64,000 nt of DNA, from assembly GCF_030028105.1 (NCBI RefSeq), contig NC_092379.1, positions 19,631,309 through 19,695,308 on the forward strand. The letters are read 5' to 3'. Shown piece by piece: positions 22,161-34,145 of this stretch. Below the pieces are notes generated by a model that worked only from the letters and a program-made list of their open reading frames with translations, ran no database searches and was not told the DNA's origin. The stretch comes from Mobula birostris (Eukaryota). Within the stretch, counting starts at the first letter, position 1; every line of letters begins with the position of its first letter. Position numbers and translations under genes: made by a program.

Positions 22161-23635
22161 ACAACCACTTTTACTGAATCACCAGCAACACTGGTTAATG
22201 TAGGAAAGCACTTGTTAAACAAACCCAGTCGGAGGATGGAGGAGGACAAGAAATTAGATGAGTTGCTCTGTCTGTGAACTGAGAATAAGCAGTTCATTTG
22301 AACAGTAAAGTTCAACTCGTGTCCCGTGAGTGTGTGATGGGACAGGTTGGGGGAAGCTTCACTCTGTGTCTAACCTCCGCTGCCCCTGCCCTGGGAGGGA
22401 TGGAACAGTGCAGAAGGATATTTGTGTCTAATCCATGGCTGCCAGCACACGACATGGGATCTGTAATCTGCATCTAACTCATGCTCTGTGTACTCTGGGG
22501 TGCTTGATGGAATCCCTTTGAGGAAAAAATTCCCAGATTTACAAGATAAATACTGAATCCATTGAATGACAGAGCAGAGAGTGAGGCCATTCATCCGATA
22601 GTGTCTGTGCTTCCCTTTAGCTGAGCAAACCCAATAAACCCATTGGTCTCTCTGCTCTTCCCTGTATCCTGACAAAAGGCGGATCTCCTCCTGTTCCCTC
22701 TCTACACTCACTATTGGCCACCACCATCATTCAGGCAGTGTGTTCCAGATCACAAACGTTCATCAACAAACCTTCCCTTAAATGCTCCCCTATTACACAT
22801 TATTGACTTGAACGCTTCCCTCCCCACCCCACCTGCACCACTCCCCACTCCCCCACCCACCAATGCAAGGCTGCCCGGAATGTGTGAAGGAATTGTGATT
22901 TCAATTCCCTGCCTTACCTTTCCTGCACCAATTCCTCACTGCCTTCCCAACTCCAAAATTCTTCCCCTCCTCATCCATCAGGGAATAAAACTGAAACATT
23001 AATCCCATCAATTAATCCTGGGTTATCGCCGATACTTTTGCTGTATCCCAGGACGGACCTCACGCCGGACCTCACGCCGGACATTACATGATGGGACTGA
23101 CACCCACCTGTACCCTGGGGATATTGAGCCATCAACCAGATCATACATGTGTACACCATTCCCTCAGATTATGTCTGAATCCCATTACCTTCAACATGAA
23201 AGCAGCCGACAGTAAAACCCAATCCCAATAACTTGACACTGAACAGATCCATTGTTGTCACTGACAGGGAACAAGTTCAACTGCACTGAAACGCTCAGCC
23301 CCTGAACGTGGCTTCAGTCGGTGCTGAGGATCAGAAGCCAGACTTGAACCAAACACTGAGCTCACTCAGCACAATCGGCCGGTGTCAAGGCACAGTCTGG
23401 TGACAAGATCCGACCCCATTCCCCTGAGCCTGTTCCCGGTCTGTGGACAGTTCACTGGTGGGTGGGGTATGTACCCTTGTACTGTTACTGGGCTCTAGAG
23501 AAACCCGCCGGTTCGGGGAGATTCATGTACTTGCTCTAAATATCTCACTGATTTCAGATGAATCATCGAATTCGCCAAAACCGTAAATAAATAAAATACT
23601 AGCGCGTGAAGATACGATTGAGAAGTTGGTCTTAC

Positions 23636-23683
23636 CTGAAGTCACTGTCAGCGAGGTTCCTCCGCCCCAGTAGGCAAGATAGT
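23636..23683 (-). CDS. IgW: IgW JH segment (DYLAYWGGGTSLTVTS)
   Basis: W-G-x-G motif, LTVTS ending, splice donor CAG|gtaag at 23635. Confidence 0.95.
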
Positions 23684-23722
23684 CACAGTGCTCCGTCTCC
23701 CCATTCACCCAGTGCAGTAATT
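23684..23722 (-). other. JH recombination signal sequence, 23-bp spacer, degenerate nonamer
   Basis: Perfect heptamer (cacagtg on +, 23684-23690) abutting J; best nonamer GCAGTAATT at 23-nt spacing (4/9 match). Confidence 0.75.
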
Positions 23723-24055
23723 TCACTTGCCCGTCACATCCAATAATCTCAGCAAAATGTCAACATGATCCCTGTCCGGACCGGGAGCAGCCGCTTCCTG
23801 GATTTCCATCCCAAACTCCGTCCTTGCCTCTTGTTGGTGTGTGAATAAAGGCATTTTTTACAATTTTCCCGTCAGTGGACGACGGCTCCCGCCATCTCCC
23901 GGAATCAGAGTCGAATCCTTTTGGGCTTTTAATTGTCCAGAAATGGGCATTTGCGCCCAGCAGTCCGAGTGAGGCTTCAGGGATTTGACTCTGGGAAGCA
24001 GCAATGCGGAATCCGTGGAGACAGACTGCGCGCCAGACGCTCCTTTGTCGGGACC

Positions 24056-24083
24056 AGTTTCTGTTCAGCTCCCCATCAGCGTG
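24056..24083 (-). other. Recombination signal sequence with 12-bp spacer, 3' of VD
   Basis: CACGCTG - ATGGGGAGCTGA (12 nt) - ACAGAAACT; consensus is CACAGTG / ACAAAAACC. Confidence 0.88.
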
Positions 24084-24387
24084 GTCCCATGTCTCGCACA
24101 GTAATAGGTGGCCGTGTCGTCCAGTCTCAGGTTGTTCATTTGCAGATAGACGGTGCTGCTGCCCTTGAAAACTTCGAATCGGCTCTGGACTCCAGTCGCG
24201 TAGTTTTTGCTACCACCACCCCATACAACGGCCAGCCACTCCAGCCCTTTCCCGGAGACCTGTTTCACCCAGTGGATGCCATAGCTGCTCATATCGAACC
24301 CACTGACCGCACAGGTCAGTCTGTGGGACTGTCCGGGCTTTACCACCGCTGACTCGGGCTGTGTCAGCACGACGGCGGACCGCACGC
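24084..24387 (-). CDS. IgW: IgW VH exon fused in the genome to a short D-like segment (VD)
   Basis: G-VRS-AVVLTQPESAVVKPGQSHRLTCAVSGFDMSSYGIHWVKQVSGKGLEWL...YLQMNNLRLDDTATYYCAR; canonical Cys/Trp/Cys and the short FR3 typical of IgW V; 8 extra nt (CATGGGAC) lie between TGTGCGAGA and the heptamer. Confidence 0.93.
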
Positions 24388-24495
24388 CTGTCAATAAAAA
24401 AGAGCAGAAATTAATAAAATGTTCCACCGTCAGGGGTTCACAAAGCCTCCGAGAACAGCCGGTCCAGGTTGGGCGACAAACCGCGGGACACCCAC

Positions 24496-24541
24496 CTGCC
24501 AGACAAGACAGGAGGAGACAGAGATAAGGAACGACCCCCAT
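24496..24541 (-). CDS. IgW: IgW heavy-chain leader exon (MGVVPYLCLLLSCLA-G)
   Basis: ATG at 24541-24539, 46-nt hydrophobic signal-peptide exon ending G|gtggg (phase 1); 108-nt intron to acceptor ttattgacag. Confidence 0.92.
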
Positions 24542-24959
24542 CGCCCTGAACACTGAGCCGGACTTGGACACTTTTGAGATCGGCAGCTTCAGCTCAGGCC
24601 GGCTTTGTCCGGAGCCGCAGTGAGCGCTGTTTGATAGGGACGTGGGCTGTGAGTGAGAGAGGGAGACGCGGTTTGAACAGGCTCTCACACACTGAAAGCA
24701 GAGGCGCAGCTTCCTGTCCCCACCCACAGCAGCGATTTCAATTCCCCTAAAAATGTTTGTCCCTGCAATAGGCGGCAGGTCAGCGGCGGTGACCAGATCC
24801 GGATTAAAGATCTGTCACACTCTGCTCGATTCATCAATTTCAGCGATGAACAGTTTGTGTAAACTGAAACACACAGAATCCCAGCGAGAGAGAGAGAGAT
24901 TGAGACACAAGCTCCCGGTCTGGACATAAAGAGGGGGGAAGAGGGGAGAAATGTGGTAA

Positions 24960-27900
24960 TTAGGGATAGTATAATCAGGGAAATAGACAGTTCCCTGTCG
25001 TGAGCGTCCCTTAGGCTGTGCTGCCCGCCTGATGCCCGAGTTTGGGACATCTTTATCTGACCTACAGAGGAATTTGCAGTGGAGAGAAAAGATCCAGTTG
25101 TTGTGGTCCATGTGGGTACCAAATACATAGATAGAACGAGGAAAGAGGTTCTGCGGAAGAATTTGAACAGTTTGGGACTAAATTAAAGGACAGAACTAAA
25201 AAGGTGGTAATCTCCGGATTACTACCTGAGCCATGTGCAAATTGGCATAGGGTCAAGAAGAATGGAGAGTTAATGTGTAGCTCAAGGATTGGTGTGGAAG
25301 AAGTAGGTTTGAATTAATGGGAAATTGACAGCAGAATTGGGAAAGGAGGGAACTGTACCAATGGGATGGGCTCGACCTGAACCATGGTGCGACCTGGATC
25401 CCAGCAAGTCACATAATCAGGGCTGTGGATTGGGCTTTGACCTAAATAGTAGGGAGAGGGTGGGTTCAACAGATTGGAGAAGTATGGATAAAGTAAAAGA
25501 AAAAAAGTGTCGATAAAGATAAAGTAAAAGCAAAAGATAAAAAAGAGGAAAGTAAGAGTGGAGTGAAGAGAAGTCAGGTGCAAAAGAGAAAAAGATTACA
25601 AGATTTTAAAAACACAATGAGTGTAAGGTCACTTTATTTGAATGCCTGTAGTATTCGAAACAAGGTCGGTGAACTTGTGGCACAAATCACTACAAAAGGG
25701 TATGATTTAGTGGCCATTACAGAGGTTGCAGGGTGGAGAGGATTGGGAATTAAATATCCAAGTATATCAAGTAATACGGAAAGATAGGCAGGAAGGTAAG
25801 GGAAGTGGAATATCCAAGTATATCAAGTAATACGGAAAGATAGGCAGGAAGGTAAGGGAAGTGGGATAGCACTCTTAATTAAAGATGAGATCGGGGCATT
25901 AGTGAGAGTTGATATAAGATCTAAGGAGCTGAATGTTGAACCCATCTGGGAGAGATTAGGAATAGTAAAGGGAAAAAATTACTGGAGTTGTCTATCGGCC
26001 AGTGAATAATAACATTACAGTGGCTTAGGCAATCTTATGTATCTGAGGTACATAAGAATGGAACAGCAGTTGTCATGGGGGACTTTAACTTGCACATCGA
26101 TTGGGTAAATCAAGGTGGTCGAGGCAGTCTTGAGGAGGACTTCAGAGAATACATCCATGATTGCTTTCTTGAACAGCATGTTACTGAACCTACAAGGGAA
26201 CATGCTATCTTAGATACGGCCCTGTGCAATGAGACAGGTAAAATTAGTGATCTTGTTGTTAAGGATCCTCTTGGAAAAAGTGATCACAGTATGATTGAAT
26301 TTTTCATACAAATGGAGGGTTCAGTAGTTCATCTGAAAACAGTGTATTATGCCTGAACAATGGAGACTACAATGGGATGAAAGGAGATTTGGCTAGTGTA
26401 GATTGGGAACACAGGCTATATGATGGGATGGTTTAAGAACAGTGGGAGACTTTCCAAGATATTTTTCACTTGCTCAACAGAAGTATATTCCAGTTAAAAG
26501 CAAGGACAGTAAGGGTCGGAAGAGCCAGGCTTGGATACTAAGGAAATAAAAGAAGGTATCAAACTAAAAGCTTGTTTGTACAGTCACCAAGAGTAGTGGG
26601 AACATGGAAGATTGGGAAAACTTAAAAAAGCAACAAACAACCACTAGGCAAGCAATAAAGAGAGGGAAGCTGGATTATGAAAATAAAATAGCACAAAATA
26701 TAAAAAAAGGATAGTAAAAATGTTTTATAATTATATAAAGTGGAAAGGGGTGGCTAAAGTGAATGTAGATCCCTTGGAGGATGAGAAGGGGGAATTGATA
26801 TTGGTTAATGAGGAAATGGCCGAGGCTTTAAATGACTATTCTGTGTTGGTCATCATGGTGGAGGACACGTTTAACCTGCCAAAGAGAGATGTTATGGATG
26901 CTATGGGAGGTGAAGACCTCGATACAATAACTATCACTGAAGAGGTAGTGCTGAGCAAACTTGTGGGCCTGAAGATAGATAAGTCCCCTGGTCCTGATGG
27001 AATGCATCCCAGGATACTGAAAGAAATGGCAGAAGCTACAGTAGAGGCTTTGGTGATAATTTGCCAAAATTCTGTGGACTCTAGGCAGGTCCCGGTGGAA
27101 TGAAAGATGGCAAAAATCACATCACTGTTCAAAAAAGGATGTAGGCAAAAGGCAAGTAACTATAGGCCAGTTAGTTTAACATCTGTAGTTAGGAAAACGC
27201 TTGAAGCTATCATTAAAGAAGAATTGGCAAGGCACCTGGAAAGAAATGGATCCATCAGGCAGATGCAATATGGATTCAGCAAAGACGAGTCCTGTTTAAC
27301 AAACTTACTGGAGTTCTTTTACGATATAGCCAGCAATATAGTAATAGAGGGGAGCAGATGGATGTTATTTACTTGGATTTACAGAAGGTGTTCGATAAGG
27401 TGCTGCATGAAAGAATAATTCATAAGATAGGGATGCATAGAGTGGGGGAGGGAGCGGTGATGTATTAGCATTGATAGAGGATTGGTTAAATAATAGAAAG
27501 CAGACAGTTGGGATACATGGGTGTTATTCTGGTTGGCAATCAGTGGTGAGCGTTGTGATGCAGGGGTCGGTCCACGATATACATTAACGATTTGGAAGAG
27601 GGGACCGAGTGTAGAGTACCTAAGTTTGCTGGTGGTACTAAATTGAGTGGAATAGCAAATTGTGCAGAAGATACGAAGAGTCTGCAGAGAGATATAGATA
27701 GTTTAAATGAATGGGCAAGGGTCTGGCAGATGGAGTACAATGTTGGTAGATGCGAGGTAATCCACTGTGGAAGAAAACATGGAAGATCAGATTTCTACTT
27801 AAATGGTAAAAAATTGCAGCACGCTGCTGTGCAGAGTGACTTGGGAGAGCTTGTACATGAATCGCAGAAGGTTGGTTTGCAGGTGCAGCAGGCTATTGAG

Positions 27901-28560
27901 AAGTTAAATGGAATGTTGGCCTTCATTGCTGGAGGGATTGAATTTAAGAGCAGGGAGGTTATGCTGTAACTGTACAGGGTACTGGTGAGGCTGCATCTGG
28001 AGGACTGTGAGCACTCTGGTCTCCTTACTTGAGGAAGCATATACTGGCTTTGGAGGTGGTGCAGAGGAGATTCACTAGGTTGATTCCAGAGGTGAGGGGA
28101 TTAGACTATGAGGAGAGATTGAGTCACCTGGGATTTTACTTTCTGGAATTCTAAGAATGAGAGGAGGTCTTAGAGAAACATATAACGTTATGAAAGGGAT
28201 AGGTAAGAAAGAGACAGGAAAGTTGTTTCGACTGGTAGGTGAGACTAGAACTAGGGGACATAACCTCAGGATATGGGGGAAGTAGATTTAGGATGGAGAT
28301 GAGGAGCAACTGCTTTTCCCAGACAGTAGTGAATCTGTGGAATTCTCTGCCCAATGAAGCAGTGGAGGCTACCTCAGTAAATATATTTAAGACAAAGTTG
28401 GATAGATTTTTGCATAGTAGGGGAATTAAGGGTTATGAGGAAAAAGCACGTAGGTGGAGATGAGTTCATGGTCAGATCAGCCATGATCTTATTGAATGGT
28501 GGAGTATGCTCAATGGGCCAGATGGCCTATTCCTGCTCCTTATGTTTTTATGTTCTTACA
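24960..28560 (+). mobile_element. Degenerate CR1 LINE (ORF1 esterase remnant, APE, RT, 3' tail)
   Basis: VVVHVGT and VVISGLLPEP remnants, LYLNACSIRNK, MGDFN, KSPGPDG, GFSK..SCLTNLLEFF, KFAGGTKL; ends tatgtttttatgttcttac. Confidence 0.85.
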
Positions 28561-28562
28561 TC

Positions 28563-28668
28563 AGTGGACAAATATCCCACCGAGAGGCAGGGACTGAGAT
28601 ACACCAGTCAGTGGTCAGATATCCCCCAGAGAGACAGGGACTGAGAGACACCAGTCAGTCCATAAACC
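28563..28668 (+). repeat. Minisatellite, left remnant (~45-bp unit)
   Basis: gagagacagggactgagagacaccagtcagtggacagatatccc; same unit as 33000-33640. Confidence 0.8.
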
Positions 28669-31600
28669 ATAAGACCATAAGATATAGGAGCAGAACTGGG
28701 CCATTTGGTCCATCAAGTCTGTTCCAACATTTCATCACGGCTGATCCAATTTTCCTCTCAGCCCCAATCATCTGCTCCTCCCCTTATCCCTTCATTCCCC
28801 GACCAGTCAAGAAACTATCAACCTCTACCTTAAATATACAAAAAGAATTGGCTTTCACAGCTGCCTATGACAAAGAATTCCCCAGAATCTTCATTTTCTG
28901 GCTCAAGAAATTCCCCTCCATCTCCATTCTAAAAGGACAGCTCTCTATATCCTCTCTACATCCACTCTATCAAGGCCTTTCACCATTTGATTGGGATCGA
29001 TGAGGTCACATCTCATTCTTCTGAATTCTAGTGAATATAGGCCTAGATCCATCAAATGTTCTTCATATGACAAGCCAGTCAATCCTGGAATCATTTTCAT
29101 GAACCTCCTTTGAACTCTCTCCAGTTTCAGCACATCTTTTCTAAGAAAAGGGACACAAAACTGCTCACAATACTCCAAATGATGCCCCACGAGTGCTTTA
29201 TAGAGTTTCAATGTTACATCCTTGATTTTAGATTCCAGTCCTCTTGAAATGAATGCTAACATTGTATTTGCCTTCTTTGCCACAGACTCAACCTGCAAAC
29301 TAACCTTTAGGGAATCGTGCACAAGAACACCCCAATTCCCTTGCATTTCAGTTTTTTGTATTTCCTCTCTATTTAGAAAATTGTCAACCCTTTCATTTCT
29401 TCTAGCAAAGTGCATGACCATACACTTCCCCACTTTGTATTCTATCTGCCATTTCTTTGCCCATTCTCCTAATCTAAATCCTTCTGTAACCTCTCTACTT
29501 CCTCAAAATTGCCTGTCACTCCACCTATCTTCACATTGTCCACAAACATTGCAGCAAAACTATCAATTCCATTATCCAAATCATTGACATATTATCGGTC
29601 CCAACACAGACCCCTGTGAAACACTGCTAGTCACCAGCAGCCAACCAGAAAAGGTTTCCTTTATTCCCACTCTGTGCCTCCTGCCAATTAGTCATTGCTT
29701 TAGCCATGCTAGAATCTTTCCTCTAATAACATGGGCTGACAACTTGTTAAGCAGCTTCATGTGTGACACCTCGTCGAAGACCTTCTGAAAGTCGAAGTAC
29801 ACAACATCAACAGATTCTCCTTTTCCTATCCTGCTTGTTATTTCTTCAAAGAATTCCAAAAGATTTGTCAGGCAAGATTTTCCCTTGAGGAAACTATGCT
29901 GACTATGTCTTATTTTATCATGTGCTTCCAAAGACCTCATCCTTAATAATCGACTCCAACATCTTCCCAACCACTGAGATCAGACTAACTGGCATGTAGT
30001 TTCATTTCTTCTGCCTCTCTCCCTTCTTGAAGAGTGGAATGACATTCACAATTTTCCATTCTTCCAGATCCAGTCCAGAATCTAGTGATTCTTGAAAGAT
30101 CATTACTAATGTCTCCGCAATCTTTTCAGCCACCTCATTCAGAAAGCCTGCTTGTGTACATCATCCAGTCCAGGTGACTTATCTACCTTCAGACCTTTCA
30201 GTTTCCCAAAAACCTTCTCTCTAATTGTGGTAACTTTACACACTTCATGACCCCTGACACCTAGAACTTCCACCATACTGCTAGAATCTTCCACAGTGAA
30301 GACTGATGCAAAATACTTATTCAGTTCATCTGCCATTTCCTTGGCCCCAATTACTACCTCATCGTTTTCCAGTGGTCCAATATCCACTCTCGCCTTCTTT
30401 TACACTTTATGTATCTGAAGAAATTTTGATATCCTCTTTAAAAATGTTGGTTGGCTTACTTTTGTATTCCATCTTTACCTCCTTAATGACTTTTTTAGTT
30501 TCCTTCTGTTGCTTTTTAAAAGCTTCCAAATCCTTTAACTTCCCACTAATTTTTGCTCTATTATATGCCCTCTCATTGGATTTTATGTTGGCTTTGACTT
30601 CTCTTGTTAGCCATGGTCATGTCATCTTTCCTTTGGCAGACTTCTTCCTCTTTGGGATGAATATCTCCTGTGCCTTTCGAATTGCTTCCAGAAATCCCAG
30701 CCATCGCTGCTCTGCCGTCATCCCTGCCAATGTTCTTTTCCAATCAGTTCTGCCCAGCTCCCCTCTCATGCCTCTTTAATTCCCTTTGCTCCACTGTAAT
30801 ACTGATACATCAGACCTTAGCTTCTCCTTCTCAAATTTCATGTTGAATTTGATCATATTACGATCACTAAACAATTCTGGTTTATTGCATAAAACCCAAT
30901 CCAAAATATCCGATCCCTTCATGGGCTCAACTACGAGCTGCTTTAAAAAGCCATCTCATAGGCACTCTTGAAATCCCTTCTCCTGGAATCCAGCACCAAC
31001 TTGATTTTCCCAGTCCACCTACATATTGATATGCCCCATGACTATTGTAACATTGCTCTTCTGGCATGCATTTTTTATCTCCCTTTGTAATTTGTAGGCG
31101 ACATCCTTACTGCTGTTTGGGGGCCTGTACACAACTCCCATCAAGGTCTTTTTATCCTTACAGTTCCTTAGTTCTATCCACAACGATTCAACACCTTCCA
31201 ACCCTTCATCATCTCTCGCTAATGATTTGATTTCATTTTTTACCAACAGAGCAAAGTCCCTCCATCTGCCTTCCTGTCTGTCCTTACGATACAATGTGTA
31301 TCCTTGGATATTACGTGTCCAGCTAGAATCCTCTTTCAGCCACGATTCAATGACGTCTATAACATTATTCCTACCAATCTGCAAATGTGCTGCAAGTTCA
31401 TCTACCTTATTCCATAAACTGCACATATTCGAATATAACACCTTCAGTCCTGTATTCACCCTTTTTGATTTTGTCTGCATTTATGTTGCAACTCATCCTT
31501 TTGACTGAAAGTTTGCCCTATCAAGAGCCTCTCCTCACTACACATTGTCTCTGTTTGTAAACCAACTACCTCATCTGCAGCACTATTATCCACCTTTTGT

Positions 31601-32960
31601 ATGATACTTCTTGCATTTAAATATAGGCAGCCCAGGACACTAGTTGCACCATGCTCAACCTTTTGATTCCTAACTACGTCTGAGGTCTTACCAACATCTG
31701 CCTTCACAACCTTTCCATTAACTGTTTTGGCACTCTGGTTCCCATCATCTGCAGCTCGGGTTGAAACCCCACACTGCAGCATTAACAGACCTTCACACTA
31801 GGATATTAGTCCCCCTCCAGTTCAGGTGCAAACCATCCCTTCTATTCAGGTCCCACCTTCCCTGGAAGAGTGCCGAATGATCCAAAACTCCTACCTCTCT
31901 CCTACACCAACTCCTTAATCTTCCTAGCTCTGGCCTCACTTGCATGTGGCATGGGTAGCAATCCTGAGATCACAACCCTGAAGGTCCTGCTATTTAACTT
32001 AGCACCTAACTCCCTGAACTCCCTATGCAGAACTTTGCCATTTGTCCTACCCATGTCATTGGACCACGACTTCTGGCTGTTCACCCTCTCACTTAAGAAT
32101 GCTGAGGACTCGGTCCAAGATATCTCAGACCCTGGCACCCAGGAGGCAACATACCATCCCTCGAATCTCGTTCTCGCTCACAGAACCTACTCTCCATTCC
32201 CCTGGCTAATGAATCCCCTATCACCACAGCGTGCCTCTTCTGCCCCCTTCGCTTCTCAGTCACAGAGACAGGCACAATACCAGAGAACTGATCACCATAA
32301 TTTTCCTCTGTTAAGTCTCCCCCCCCACCCCCACCCAACAGGATCTAAAGTGATATACCTGTTGATGAGGAGAATGGCCACTGGGGTACTCCATACTGGT
32401 TCCTTAGCTCCTTTCCCCTTCCTGACTGTCACCCAGTTTCCTATGTCATGCACCTTGACTGTAACTACCTCTCTGTATGTCTTATCTTTCAGCTCCTCAG
32501 CCTCCTGAAGGATTCAGAGTTCATCCAGTTCCAGCTCAAACTCTTTAACGTGAATTGTTAGAAGCTGCAGCTGGATTGACTTTTCACAATTGTAGTCATC
32601 AGGAACATCCCTGCCTTTCCACATCCCACATGAGGAGCATTCAGCTTCAGCCTGGCTTCTCTACTGTCCTAGCTGAACAGATGTAAAGAAGGGAAGGAAA
32701 AAAACCTATATTTTTTCTTTTCTTTGCCTTCTTTGTCTGAAGCCTCCCTTCGTAGAAGCCTCAAAGAGTTAAAGCCTCCAGATCACCACTTTGACTCTGT
32801 CCACTCCAATGATGGCCATTGATCTTCCACCTGCCTTCCTTTAATTTGGTTTCGCTAATCAAACCCAAATGCTGACTGGTCACTGGTCAAAGCTCTTTTC
32901 CACTGTAGTAACCTGCTGCTGCTTTTTTACCCAGGCAGTGGACCTGATTGAAGTTCCCTC
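28669..32960 (-). mobile_element. Degenerate CR1 LINE with ORF1 and internally deleted ORF2
   Basis: 3' tail cataaaccataagaccataag on +; RT (KGKSCLTNLLEFFEE), APE (LKVLYSN), ORF1 esterase (VVIGDSL, VVISGLLP). Confidence 0.85.
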
Positions 32961-32999
32961 CTCTCAAAAGTTTCAATGTCCCGATTGGCCGATGGTCAA

Positions 33000-33640
33000 A
33001 GTTGTCAGATATCCTGAGACACAGGGGCAGAGGGACACCAGTGAGTGGACAGATATCACCCTGTGAAACAGGGACTGAGAGACAGCAGTCAGTGGACAGA
33101 TATCCACCCCGAGAGACAGGGACTGAGAGATACCAGTCAGTGGACAGATCCCCCTGAGAGACAGGGACTGAGAGGCACCAGTCATTGGACAGATATTATC
33201 CTGAGAGACAGGGACAGAGAGACACCAGACAGTGGACAGATATACCCCATAGATACAGCGATGGCAAGATACTGGTCAGTGGAAAGACATCTCATGAGAC
33301 ACAGGGACTGAGAGATACCACTCAATCGATAGATGTCCCATAGAGTCACTGTGGCAGAGAGACACCAGTCAATGGACGGATATTCTCCTGAGAGACACGG
33401 GTCTTTGCAGGAAAATGTATTAAGCAACAGAAGGAGTGACCACACAATCTTCTGACTGCACCCATACCACAAGAATCAATGTTAAACAGGGATCCCTGGT
33501 GGAAATGTACACCAATAAGTACATTTCAGCACCAAGTCCTGGTGTCTCTTAGTCCCTGTCTAGAAGGGGGACATCCGTCCACACACTGGTGTTTCTGAGT
33601 CCCTGCCTCTAAGGGGGATATCTGTTAGTAGACAAGATTA
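33000..33640 (+). repeat. Minisatellite, ~45-bp unit, decaying to the right
   Basis: Repeated ccctgagagacagggactgagagacaccagtcagtggacagatat. Confidence 0.85.
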
Positions 33641-33659
33641 CCAAAGTGCGGAAACAGAT

Positions 33660-34132
33660 TGCCTTAGTGTTAAGGAGAGCAGTGAGGCTTGTCCAGGATA
33701 CAGAGCTGGAGAGAAGATCACAGAATGGATACAGCAGGAAACATGGACATTCTTCGAAGAAAGACTGAAAATTAAGAAGGAAGTGTTAGATGCAAAGTCA
33801 ACACAAATTAAGGTGAAATTTCAACTAGCATACACTGAAAATAATAAGAAAGTGAAGAGACTTGTGAGAAAGGATAAGAGAGTCAACATGGAAGACCTTG
33901 CAGTGCAGGTGGAAGTAGCAGCCAATCAAGGTTACCACAGAAATATATAGAATATTTCAATATTGGTATGTAGAAAGTTCCAGATCAGACCCAGTGGTCC
34001 CATATCAGATAAGAGAATAATCTTTTGACAACTGAGAAAGAGCATGAAGCACAATGGATAGAGTATTTCAGAGAATTACTGAATGGACCACCACCAGAGG
34101 AAAAACCTGACAATAATCTGGGAATGGAGACA
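33660..34132 (+). mobile_element. Old RTE-like LINE ORF2 fragment ending at the assembly gap
   Basis: KKVKRLVRKDKR...LLTTEKEHEAQW.EYFRELLNGPPP resembles the region upstream of RTE RT. Confidence 0.55.
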
Positions 34133-34145
34133 NNNNNNNNNNNNN
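34133..34145. other. Assembly gap (13 N)
   Basis: Run of N. Confidence 1.

Larger units (their letters stand above)
23690..24800. promoter_or_regulatory. CpG-rich island covering the VH promoter, V exon and VD-J interval
   Basis: CpG is visibly dense here (gactgcgcgccagacgc, cacgacggcggaccgcacgcc, ccgcgggac) against a CpG-poor background; not computed. Confidence 0.6.

Noticed and set aside
24065-24727. 220-aa ORF read as a single-exon V gene
   Set aside because: The 108-nt leader intron happens to be open and in frame, but has canonical gt/ag sites; the ORF also runs through the RSS
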